DNA of 64,000 bases from Lingula anatina (taxonomy: Eukaryota > Animalia > Brachiopoda): the NCBI GenBank assembly GCA_051362555.1, contig CM120645.1, forward strand, positions 14,880,001 to 14,944,000, given 5' to 3'. This document shows, piece after piece, positions 37,801 through 49,559 of the stretch (position 1 is the first letter of the stretch; the number at the start of each line of letters is the position of its first letter). The translations under genes and the position numbers were made by a program. The notes below the pieces were generated by a model that did not search any database, had not been told where the DNA came from, and saw only the letters and a program-made list of their open reading frames with translations.

Positions 37801-39498
37801 ACTCAAAAAGTTATGGATGAATTTCGATGGAATTTTCAGGGTAGGTCAGAAATGGGTTAACTTAGAAGTGATTAGTTTTTGGTGGTAATTCGGATCTATA
37901 ATCAATCAACAATTAATAATCAATAATCAAAAACTAAGTTATGGGCCGATTTTGATGAAATTTTCAGGAACTGTCAGAATTAAGGAACAGATGATAAGTT
38001 TTTGGTGGTGATCCGAATCAATAATCAATCAATAATCAAAAATAAAAAAAAAACTAAATCATTATAGAATGAAAATTTAGGGGTGAAACGGCATTGGGTG
38101 GAGACTTTGCTGCCTTGGCGGAGGTCTGCGCTCTCGGAGTGCTTTTCTAGTTACACATGCTTCGTCTGCATTTCCAACAATGGTAGATTTACCGACCTAA
38201 ATAATACTTACAGCTCAGATTTTTCGCCAGTATGGACGTTTTGACTCGTTTTGCCTACAAGTACACTAGTTCCTCTAGAATTTGTCAAGAAAGGTCGTAA
38301 TTTACCCAAGCCTGAACATTGTTCTTATGTTAAACAACTTTCTTCTCAGCGCTGCTATAACTAATAATGTATACTACAAGCGAGTTTCAAGCGGGTAGAC
38401 CTCTTAAAAAGAGGAAGATGAACAACAAATCTTTGTACCACTAGTAGCGGTCGCGAGCTTTTAAAGCTTTGAGAATTTTTAAAACTCATTTAGAGCAAAA
38501 GCTGAATGAGTTGCAGTCATATGCTCAATTTTTATTTGAAATCTTACTGTCGACATGCCCATTTGTCGATCACTTCTCTTTGGCGTCTTTTATTCAGATT
38601 TACCGGATTAACGGTAATCAACATGTAGTGCTCATGTACTAAGAAAAGTGCAACCAAACCGCCTTGACGCATTGTCGAGCTTGTTCTCCTTAAACATAAT
38701 AAATAAATATGTCGAAATGTCCATGACATCCTTGAATCTGTTGAACAAGCTATTTCAACACATGACCTGCCATCTATGGAGACACTTACATTAAAATATT
38801 GTGGTTCAATTTAAAAAAATGATTATTATATAATGCCGCTTACTTTTAAATTTTCCCAAAACTGTTTTCAAATATTTAAAGATACCTAGCTGACATTTGG
38901 AAATATTATTACCACGGTTATTACCGAGGTAAAAAGAAGGTTCCTTTCTTGCCTTAATAGCAAGTGACTTGATGGACTTTCACTGGTTCGATCCACCAGA
39001 GGTCACAGTACAAGTTTGAGCAATTTGAATTTCCAGCTAGAGATAAGGATTATTTGCTCACGGCAACCGTGTCAGGCCGCAAATGTAATAAGCAGGCATT
39101 TACAACTCGAAGAACAGTTTGATTTGTGATTGGTTATTTTCCAAGTAATATACGTTGAAAATGAATTAGCTACTACGCGTAATACCAAAACTATTGCATG
39201 TCACATATTTTTGTCCATTTTGATTTGGCACGTCTGTTGACTAAAATATTAGTCCTACTTAACAATTTCTGTTGCTGACTGGTACAACCACTGTTTTTTC
39301 CATTACCTGAATAGCTAAAATGATGGTAACAGCCACGGGGGGACATTTGTCTAGAGGATAGAGCAAGGACACTTCTTCCGAGTTTCCCATGCGACCGTCT
39401 TCAAATTTTTCCTCCAGTTGGTATTCAACAGGCGCATCATCGTCGGAGCTGACAAAAGTTTGATCCGACTGTAATTTCTCAATGGTGTGCATCTCCAT
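31304..39498 (-). CDS. SLC23 family (nucleobase/ascorbate transporter, NAT/NCS2), SLC23A1/A2-like, 11 coding exons
   Basis: Exons 39307-39498, 36388-36545, 35431-35522, 34855-35001, 34292-34418, 33913-34033, 33442-33598, 32952-33205, 32304-32577, 31906-32001 and 31304-31545, all in phase. Hallmarks RLPIIQGGSHSF, IGPLTIAPTI, ESVGDYYA, PPAHAVNRG, TTSYSNNVGVIGITKVASR and FFLDNTIPGT. Confidence 0.95.
35860..36403. repeat. 46-bp minisatellite (~6 clean copies 36105-36403, degenerate to ~35860) overlapping the SLC23 exon-2 splice donor
   Basis: Unit ggtatactggtactttactggtactgtatccttaccgtatccctgt. Confidence 0.9.
37707..38152 (+). mobile_element. Non-autonomous Helentron (HINE/DINE-1/pearl-like)
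   Basis: Subterminal inverted repeats acctccgccaagg / ccttggcggaggt, (GTTT)n(GTCT)n microsatellite, short internal tandem core repeats, 3' hairpin gcgctc..gagtgc and ctagtt end. Confidence 0.85.
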
Positions 39499-39706
39499 GA
39501 CTAATGGTATCACGCGGATCTCTTGCTCATTGCTGGAAGGGTTTTAAAACTGTAATGCGACCACCTGGCCACTATTTTGCTACCTCGACAGAAATCTAAG
39601 TAGGACATGCATATTTAGATTGCGTGTTATCTTTTCTTCTACGCTTTCGTACGTCTTATCGAATCCCAGCTCCTCTTTAATCCATACCTGCCTTGCATAA
39701 GTATTG

Positions 39707-39889
39707 CGCCATGACAAGAAGGAGAGAACAACTTCTTGCTTGTTCGAATCCCAAACTTCAGGTGCTTACTCAGCACTTGACCTTTATTCATATGCAAATG
39801 AGAAAACTCGCTCACCAGGTGTCAGTGCCAGTAGGTCATACACAATCCGGCTGCATTCACATTGTATACACATTACAGCATACTGGCGT
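39707..39889 (-). repeat. 3' LTR
   Basis: 5 substitutions versus the 44168-44350 copy; AATAAA on the element's sense strand; preceded by a polypurine tract. Confidence 0.92.
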
Positions 39890-42800
39890 GATCACTTTTC
39901 TTTTTCTTTTCTTCTTTTCTTTTTTAAGGAAGTAAACAATGTGTAACTGCAAAATCAACACAAAAACATTAGTGCAATATGTACAGAGGTGCAACGGCAC
40001 AGTGTCAATGTCAAAGGTAACGAAGTCTCCTCCCCGTTTATTTATTTTTTTTTTTTTTTAGACGACTGATTGTCAGTTTCTTTGATATTAACTCAATTCC
40101 AATTCCAAAACATAATCTTTAAGATATCTAGGAGTTTGTCTTTTCCTCGTAGAACGTCTGAGAGTTTCAGTTGGTTGTTCACATGGATCTGACAAAGTTT
40201 GAACTTCTTCTTTCCTGTTGTTTTCGTCCATTTGTGAAGGAAATTCATGGAGAGAGTCAAAGTCAATGTGAGATTCTTTGTCATATGGATCTGACGAAGT
40301 TTGAACTTCTTTTTTGTTGTTTTCGACCGTTTGTGGATGAAATTCACGGAGAGAGTCAAAGTCAATGTGAGATTCTTTGTCGTTGTCGGCAGTATCTACA
40401 TTTTCATAGTCTGACAAAGAACACTCTGAATCATCGGAGTAGTCACTACATAAATCGACCTTTCTCCACTTATTCTCGGGAACCTTATAGCAGTCCGACT
40501 GTTTAACTCTATAGGACAGAGTTCGTAACTGAATTCCTATGAATTTTTGAATATTGCACCACTGACCGACGACTTTTACCACCATGTAGCAATCTCTGTC
40601 GTAAATCTTTGTCTTGTCATGATGTAAATAAACGGTATCTCCTACACTGAGACTGCTATTGTTAGCTATTGGTTTTGAAGGCGCTTTAGACCGCATACTA
40701 ATTTCGTGGTTTTTCGCCCTTACTGAATTTTGATCCATAATCAGTTTTCTGTCTGAAGTGGGGATTTGTTGACAGGTGAATTGATCTCTCTGAAAAAGCA
40801 TTTCCCTTGCAGACAAACCACCTCGGCGCATTCTAGAATTGAGCTGAGCAACGCATAGGCTGAGAGTAGTTTGAGAAATAGAATCACGTGATTTATCTTT
40901 ACGTAGAATTTCATCTTGAAGCTCCTGAACTGCCTTTTCTGCAACTGGATTTTTATTGATATTTTTGGGACGTCCAATCTCTATGACTAATCTAGACAAT
41001 CGCAGAGACTCATCCGACACTAATGACTTGAATCCAGGAGCAGGGTCTGTGCGAATGACAGGGACAGGGACCGTCAAGTGGTCGCATCTCTGCACATAGT
41101 TGAATGAGGCCTTCTCGTAAATTATCCTTAGTTTCGTCCCTAACAAAATACGCTGTTGTGAATGAAGTGACGGTTTCTCTTACAATCAGAATATTTTGTG
41201 AGTGTCGTTTCATAACATCTGCTGCAAATGATGCTCCGACTGTAGGTGGGGGTGCTTCCGAAGACTGTTCCTGTTGTAGATGTGGATTTTTTTTCAAGGA
41301 AGCACACTGATGGCATGAACGTGATACCTCGTCGGCTTCTTTGTCTAAATTTAAAGCATAAAAGTAGCATTTTACTACGCTTTTTAGTTGATAGCCAGAC
41401 GGGTGCTCCAGACGAATGTGGACAGCTGTAAGAATTGTCTGGGAACTACTATAAGTTCTCGTTCGATATCCAAAGGTGATTGGCGGTGCACTATTAGAAG
41501 ACCATCTTTTGCGATAGTAAGACCCTCGACGCGTAGAAAACGTTTCAAGTTAGACACTCCGCTGTCTTTTCTACGTGGGCCTAAGTTCGGCGTAGATCGT
41601 AGCATTCTTGTTGAATTTGAAGCCATGCTTTTCGGTTGGTGAATGGAAGTTGTTTGGCCTCACTAAGAACATCGTCGGTAGAAACTCTAGATACTACAGT
41701 TTTGTAGGTCATAGACGAAGCTGCAAACTCGACACTTCTGGTTTTGGCACTCTTTTGCATTTCTACTTGCAAAATCGGACGGAATATTATCTGAACCTGC
41801 CAGGTGTTGCACAGAAAAGTGATATCTGCTGGCTAATGAGAGAAATGTAGATACACATGGGCTTGCAGAAAACTCTCCTCTACATAACTTAACATGTGCT
41901 TGGACGCAAGGTTTACTGTCAGTTAATACATGCGTTTGGTGTCTTGACTGTATAATATACTAGTATGGAGCGAAATGTTTGATCGCAGAAGCTATGGCTA
42001 AAGCTTCCAGCTCACAAGGTATCCAGGTCACCTGATGTTTTCGGAGTTTTGCGCTGAAAAACCCTGCTAAATGTAGCTTATCTTCGCGTTTGGCGTGCAG
42101 AGTTGCAGCAAGACCACAGTGTCGAGAGGATGCATCTGTCACAAGCCAAAGCTCATCGTCGGCTCGAGGAATGATAATAGATCGATGGTTGAGTAAAGCT
42201 TTCTTTGAATTTTCGAAGGCTTCAACTTTCTCCTCCGTCCATGATGGCTTATCCTGGGACTGCTTTCCGGCAGTCATGCTGTCTAGGGGAGCAAGCAACG
42301 AGGCACAACCAGGAAGTAGGCGTGCAAATGCTTTATAGGCACCAATTAAGGATCTGAGAGCGAAAACTGTCGTGGGACGATCGCAGTTCGACAATGTTGA
42401 TATACGGTGAGTGTTGGTAGAAAGGAAGCCGCTTCTCCAAGTCCATCCAAGGATTGTTGTTTCCCTTGGACAAATCACGGTTTTGGTCGGAGAAAGACGG
42501 AGATCACATTTGTTGAGAGCTCGAAGAACCTGTCGGAAATTTTCCATCAGTTCTTTTATAGTTTGACCTCCACAATAAAAGTCGTCGGCGATTTTGCAAA
42601 CACCACCTTTCATAAAAATCCCCTAGCTCTTATGCCGTTTCCCATTGCTGAACGTGTGTAGATTCTAACTCCCTTGAAAGGAGTAGCTACTCCACAATAT
42701 TTCATGGAATTTTTATCCAGCCGAATCTGATAAAAGGCACCGGATAAGTCAGTGGTGATAATGTGTTTCCATCCTCCGATATTATACATCAGGTAAAAGA

Positions 42801-44167
42801 GACGGTTGAGGCTTGCAATATTTTCTAACTTCGTTGAAAGCAATAACCAAGCGGAACAGTCCGTTGCTCTTTTTCACTAGAAACGAAGGATTCAGGTATT
42901 CGACATTCACACCTACATATTCCGGTTTTGCGAAGACACCAATGCTCTCTAGAGAATCAAATTTCTCTTGTAGATCGACAAGCTTGTTTCTGCTATATTG
43001 GGGAATCCTGCCCTTTCTCTGGGGGGGGGGGGGAGGGGGGTTGAGTAGGACCCATGTTAACCACTGATTTGAAAGGTCCCATAGCACCGTTGTATCCAGG
43101 GATTGAAGGACTGAAAACATTGTCGTATGAAACGAGTAGTCTCTGGAAATCGTTTTTGTCCTCTGGTGTCAATAGCGAATCAGGATCCAGCTTTACGGCA
43201 GCAGAGTGAAGTCCTGGTGATGTAAAGTTTGTCTTGTTCGGGTAAAAATTTAGAAGTGCTGAGAAAATGATCGTAGCGTTGTCGACCGGCTTGTTTACAG
43301 AGTGGGCATGAGCGCCGTTTCGCGTTGAACGTAGTACCGCGTTCTTTCAAGGGAGCGGAAATTCTGGCTTGTTGCTTTGTAATTGCTCTCATGGCACGAA
43401 TTTCCTCGTGAGAATTCAATTGATCCAATAAAGAATCTAAAGCTTGAGAAATTCCAGGCTTGATTGAGGCGAGAGTTAGAGATCGTAACTCTGTTCCGTT
43501 TCTTTCCTTCACTAGCAAAGGCAAATCTTTATGGATTAATTTCAGCCAGGTGAGCATAACAAAGTTTTCTAAAGTACGCGAAATTTCCTCGTCGTCAGTC
43601 ATAACCTCGTTATGGTGAGCAATACCACCGTTGGCGGTGAGTAAGTTGTCTTCTACAAACGCCATTAAACGGCCTTTAATCGGGTTCAAGTTTTATCTGC
43701 GCAAAGTCTAAGAAATGGGCGCCGGTAGATTGAAAGCCAAAGTGTAAGCGGATAGACAGCCAAACAGAATTCAAACTGGTCGAGTTGAAATAACAGGACA
43801 AAAGTTGGCTATTTGATTGAGCATAGACTCTAACTGTGTTACCTTTTGCTGTGCTGTGCTGTGCGTCGTTGTCTCTCAGGAATGCTGTCGTCTTCGTCGA
43901 CAAATCCGCGGAGAGGAGCGTGTTTTGTCTTCTTTAACCATGATACTGTACATGGTAAAAAGCTTGAACAAAGCTGTGTCTTGAGAGAGGAGAAATTTAA
44001 GATATTGTTTCCATTTCTCGAATGATCCTATCGTCTCAGTCTTTGTTAGTACCCACTGTTTTGGGGCTTTGTGTGAACTTGCACTCGCCATTATCAAATG
44101 AATTTTCCACTTAGGGTGTATTTTTGACGTAAGAAGTTACGAGTTTCTTTTAAAATCGCTGCCATCA

Positions 44168-44350
44168 CGCCATGACAAGAAGGAGAGATCAACGTCTTGC
44201 TTGTTCGAATCCCAAACTTCAAGTGCTTACTCAGCACTTGACCTTTATTCATATGCAAATGAGAAAACTCGCTCACCAGGTGTCAGTGCCAGTAGGTCAT
44301 ACACAATCCGGCTGCATTCACATTGTATACACGTTACATCATACTGGCGT
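44168..44350 (-). repeat. 5' LTR
   Basis: Direct repeat of 39707-39889, followed on the sense strand by TGATGGCAGCG (tRNA-Leu-like PBS). Confidence 0.92.
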
Positions 44351-44948
44351 TGAGTTTGACATAAATCTAAACAGACTGAGAGTAAAGATTCTGTCAAGAC
44401 AACTACAGTTTGGTGAAAGGACCGAAAATGGAGCAAGCTGTCTTAAGGATTATGTAAGAAATGCAGCTTAGTCGACTGATCCACCAATCTTTTCTGAGAG
44501 AAATCTTTGTCAGATGACGACACTGCTAGTCTATTAAAGAAGCCGTTTCATTTTAATTACACCTGCGGGTTCCTGCGGGCCATGGTACCCGTCTGTATTT
44601 GATCCTAGTATCGTGTACATCTTGTCCGTTGTTTTCATTGAGTTTAATATTTACATCACGTTATACTGCGATGAACAGGACTCAACAACTCAGCTGGATA
44701 AGAAAGCAAAAGGGAATCTAGGGCACAGTATATGCCGAGTAGTGGTCTGATGTGGTAAACATTTATAATTATTGTTTCTCTGGTCGTACATCCATCTTAA
44801 ATGTTTCTTTTTCTTTGCGAATGTTTCTTTGCTATCGATGCACGAATTGGTCGCCTTTGTGACAGACAAAGGCCCTTTACTCTGTGTGTCAAAAGTCAGC
44901 TGGGTGTTATATATTATTGGACTTACAGTATGCATGGCCCTGTACTTA

Positions 44949-45173
44949 GACCCCATTCCCATAGATTTTAGATCGATCTATCCCTGTGGGGAGTCTCACT
45001 GGATTACGGTCAGCTTAGCCGGCTTAAGAGTCTGTCCCGCCTACTAAAAGCTGTAAGGGGGTAATTTACTGTGGTGCGCGCTCGGCTGACTGCAATTTAG
45101 CGTGAACCCCCAGGGAGTTAGGTCGATCTAAATCTAAATGTCTGGATCGATATAAATCTCTGGGAATGCACCC
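44949..45173. mobile_element. Possible PIF/Harbinger-type MITE
   Basis: Imperfect inverted repeats cattcccatagattttagatcgatc / gatcgatataaatctctgggaatg, with TTA on both flanks. Confidence 0.45.
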
Positions 45174-47091
45174 TTAGTTATAGTGTGTTCACACTGGGAG
45201 ACGCGCATGTACTGGAAGGACCTAAGTAGTTGCTGCAGTAGCAGTGACACTCCTGGTTTAAACAAGGTCCGCCGCAATTATTGTTTGTGGCAAGTGAATC
45301 AATTGCAATATCTAAGAAAAAACGTCGGGTCCCTTCACTTAAATAAAACGCTAGAAAGACTGTAAGTCACTTCAAAAACGGTGTAATATGCCAGCATTTG
45401 TGTTCAAAGGGCGCAAGAAGACTTACGGGGTGAACAAGGTACTGCTCTCTCACAATAAGAAAGTCGGTCAATATTGCAATATTGTAATTCTACATTTTAT
45501 GATTGCTTTACTGTTTTTGTTTTTATGTTCGGCGGAGGGTGAAAAGGTTGCCATTTTGACGCAAGAATTAAGACTGCGAATGTCTTAAAGGGTACCTGTT
45601 CAATCTCTGACAAGACAACGATTTGCAATCACAAAAAGGGCGCTTTTCATGTGTGCAAACCACACCTTCACAATAAAGAACGATTCGGTTGACGATTGCT
45701 TGTAATAAGGAGTAGTTGATGTGCTTGGGTGTTAGCATATTATGAGCAGTGTAGAATTTTAATTTAAAAATATTACTTGCATGATAAAGAACGGAGAGGG
45801 TCAAAAGGACAATAAGAGCAAAGGTGTTAAAGGGAAAGAAAATTGAAGAACAAAGTAGTTTACGAAAAGAAAACAATTTAAAATAAGGCTTGCCACAATC
45901 ATCGTTCACGTGTGAACTGCGTTGTTTCCGACACTTTTTGCAAGGTTTCTCCAGAAATCGTCTTATATACCAGGACAATCTCTGCGTTTTCTCAGGTGCA
46001 GCAAACGCGTCATAATAACGAATAACGATTGCTTTTAATTAGAAGTTGAGGATGGACCTGTGCTTGGGCGTCAGTTTAGGAGACGACAAAAATTTTTAGC
46101 AAATCGTGGTTTACAGTGTACATAAATTGTTCTGCCAACAATTATCATTCCTATTTCAAGAGTGATAATAATTGACTGTACTCTTACTCTTCAAACTCTA
46201 CAGATCATAAAGGGAACACTTAATATCTTTCTAAGTGCCCAAGATATAAGGGAAATGCAAAGTAATTGCATGCAAGCCCATGCAAAGTGATAACTTGCAA
46301 GCCAAATTTATCTTCCACGATTTTTCCTCTGCCCAAAATTTACACCATAGGTTTATTATTTTATATATCAATCCAAAACGACCGTATTGGAATTTTCAGA
46401 CATGTTCATATTTCCAAAATGGCTTAGAATTTCTTTATATACAACTGTGCCAAGATTTCATGCTTGTAGGTAAAAATGCACAATTCACCCTTTTTTTCTG
46501 CACCATATTGCTGGACCATAGAGATAGTCGTAACTAAATGCTAGTTAAAGAATGGAATAGACCGGAAAATGGCTTTACAAAGATTTAAACCCCTCATGTG
46601 AGAAAAGTAAATGGGTATGGGCTGTTAACGGCAGTTTGTAAACTCGTCTTAAAGTTTGATAGCTTAAAATGTGACGTCACTCGACCACGTGATCTAGATC
46701 TGTCGTTTTCTTTTTGAAGATTGAGATAGGGTGTTTTAAAACGCACTTTTTGTAGAAATCGATTGTTCATATAGATTTTATAGGGTGGTTCTCGTTTTCA
46801 ACATATCTCTCAGATTGAGTGCTGATATCCTAAAATTTGAAAACTGAAGTTTACTCTGTCTGAAACCCTTAAATAATGTTACATACAAACAGGTGCACTG
46901 GGGTCACGGACCATAATCCAATCATTGAATGCACTTTATTTTCTTCTGTCATTTAAAAGTAGACCTATTAAAACACCATACATATTCAGTTTTACATTTT
47001 ATAATGAATACAGATATTTTATGTACAGAACGGGTATAGAAGTGTCTATAGGTCTACATGTATATAAGCAATTCGTTCATAAAATACTTAC

Positions 47092-47289
47092 CTGCACTGC
47101 AAGGGTTATGACTGTGAAAAAAGGAGGTGAGGTACCAAGACCAAATAATAACCGGTCGTCTTTTGTGTTCTGTTTCAGCGCTCCCTTGACTTCTGTGCCT
47201 GGAGGATTCTGTGTCAACATAGGCAGTATCTCGGGCGGTGCCAGGTCTGGTTCTTGGTTAGATTTACTGTCTTGAGACACAGCTTCCAT
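47092..47289 (-). CDS. Second SLC23 first coding exon (alternative N-terminus or orphan paralogous exon)
   Basis: MEAVSQDS...LLFGLGTSPPFFTVITLAVQ|GTAAGT aligns with exon 1 (LLYPLDKCPPVAVTIILAIQ|GTAATG). Both are phase 0, and I found no other SLC23 exons between it and 39498. Confidence 0.75.
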
Positions 47290-49559
47290 CCTGTTTGTTG
47301 GCGGCGGTTATAGTGTACTTTTTATCTCCTAGAAAGGACAATGTTCCATAATCCACTTTAACTCAACTGGGCTAAGGACGCAGCAATTTTGACATACCAA
47401 TAGTTAACCCCTGTCTGTTTATACATGACTGGTTTCTACCGACCTGCACTAAGGTTAGGCTATATCCATAAAGCCGTATGACAAATATTTCAAATATGTT
47501 TCTCTTAATGTCATTGCATAAGTGTAGCAATATGGTCTGACTAACAACAGCAGCCCTCCGCTGTCATAAATCCGATGTTATCTTTTTTCTTTCAGCCTAT
47601 ATCTAATAAAGAAGTCTGGAAGAATACCCACACCACCGCGATTTCCACCTCTTTTCTTCCTCTGCCATATACAAAATGTGATGGCGAGTCCTACGAAGGG
47701 TAGTTTGCCCTTGCGATTATTTTGACCCATAGGGGCCTACTTCAAAATTAAGCACACAAGGTTACCAAACTCCATTCAAAATGTACCAAAGGCATTACTA
47801 ACAAACGAAGAAATTGGTTTAATAATCTTAAAATTATAGGAAAAGGCATTCTACAAACTGTGACTCCTTTTACCGTGTTTTGTCTACCAATTTAAAAATT
47901 GTCATTTTATCAACCTAAATTACTGCTGTGCAAAAATTGTTGTCGGATGTGCGTTTAGCATCAATTTCTGCCATAGAAAACACTTGTTAATCAAAACATA
48001 TGAAATTCACCAACCCTATTCAACATAGGTACCAGTATATACATGTACTGAATGTAGTTACAAATGTTTCGTCTGCATTTCCAACAATGGTGGATTGACT
48101 GACCCAAATATAATTTATATATTATGTAACTCAAATTTCACACCAGAAATGGACTTTTTGACCCATTTCGCCTACAAATACACTTGTGTCTCTGGAATTA
48201 TTATGTACCCTTCCCAAGCCTTACGGTGTGGGTAAATGTACCCAAATATGGTCCCATTAAAATGTTCAAAATACCACACATCGTAATTAAGATGTGCTAA
48301 TGATGCTAAGCATTGAAGATTGCATATAAACAAACTATAGGTTCAAGCGTCAGCGAATCGTGATTTTCAACGCAGCCTCTAATGTTTTGATAATGCTAAA
48401 ACAACATCGCAATTAACATGGAACTGGACAAAATTCACTTTGGTAAACTTACTAATTCTGTTTTCATGTAGTATGACTTCTCAGCCCTACGTTGTGTATC
48501 GCGTGTGTTTATTGAATTCATAATGCGCAATATAAATCTGTATTCGTTCCGCATCTCTGGCTGCACTTGAACTTACATAGCCCTGTGAAAGTTGCAAGAT
48601 AACTTAAGGTGACCCTGTCTCTGAGCGTGGTGTCAGAGACCAAGACTGCGATCCCTTTTCTTTATCATGAAATTGTCACCATGGATGTGACGGAACTAAT
48701 GGAATGCAGTTATAACAGAAGTTCATAATGCTATTATTATTTGTTTTTTTTTTTTTTTTTTTTTTCTAACATACAGGATTCCCTCTTTTCTGAGTGGCAT
48801 GGCATTAGCAAGGCAGAAGAAAAGGCCGTGAAGAAAATCTCACTCTCACAGAGGTGTCCTTTTTGGAGAAGAAACTGGATAAGTAAGATCTGCCAACAGA
48901 GACTGCTTAAAATATCATTAAATTTATAGTGCTCCTTCATGACATTTTAAAATATTTTCAGTTACCTAACAGACTCTATACATTTCAAAAGTGGGCATAA
49001 ATTTTATGTTACTGTCATGTGGAAAAAATCCAAAACCTGTATATAATTTGTAGAGTGACATAACAGTCTACCTGATTGCCAGTAAAATTCTGACTGTCTT
49101 TAAAGCAGCCACTTACTGGCCCAGTTAATTTTTTCAGCTGTAACATGTACTCCAATTCATTTTATAAATGTTCAGGCTAAGTGTTGTCTTGATCTACAGA
49201 CCTTTTGAAAATCCCATGTTTTTGATCCTATTTGTAAGAATTAGCCGCTTTATCTTCTAGGATTTTATTTTTTCATTCGGCCAATTAGATTCTCAGACCT
49301 TGCTGGCCTGTGAGTTGAAAAGGATCTGGCACAGACTGGTATCAGCAAGTCTTATGAGGAAGAATATAATCATTTCCATTTGCACGGTTGAAAAAACATA
49401 GACTGCATAAAACTGGAAAACTGTAGCAACTTAATCATAAGATGAGATATTATATATAGAGAATCACAATCTACAGTGTCTATTAAGTGGAAGACGTAAA
49501 CATCCCGATCACTCAATATTGGAAGCTACACTGAAACACGTCTGTATGGATAACTTAGG

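Larger units (their letters stand above)
39707..44350 (-). mobile_element. Degenerate Gypsy/Ty3 LTR retrotransposon (gag, RT, RNase H, integrase; frameshifted, protease region apparently deleted)
   Basis: 183-bp direct repeats at 39707-39889 and 44168-44350. Gag fragments at 43180-44097 (CPLC..AGR..YDHFLS), RT ([13 protein letters not shown]), RNase H (LWLVTDAS, PCELEALAI) and integrase (IRTDPAPGF, NPVAEKAV). PBS-like 44157-44167 and polypurine tract ~39896-39925. Confidence 0.95.

Noticed and set aside
45568-45978. 136-aa Cys-containing ORF
   Set aside because: Non-ATG start, no recognisable domain and no splice support.
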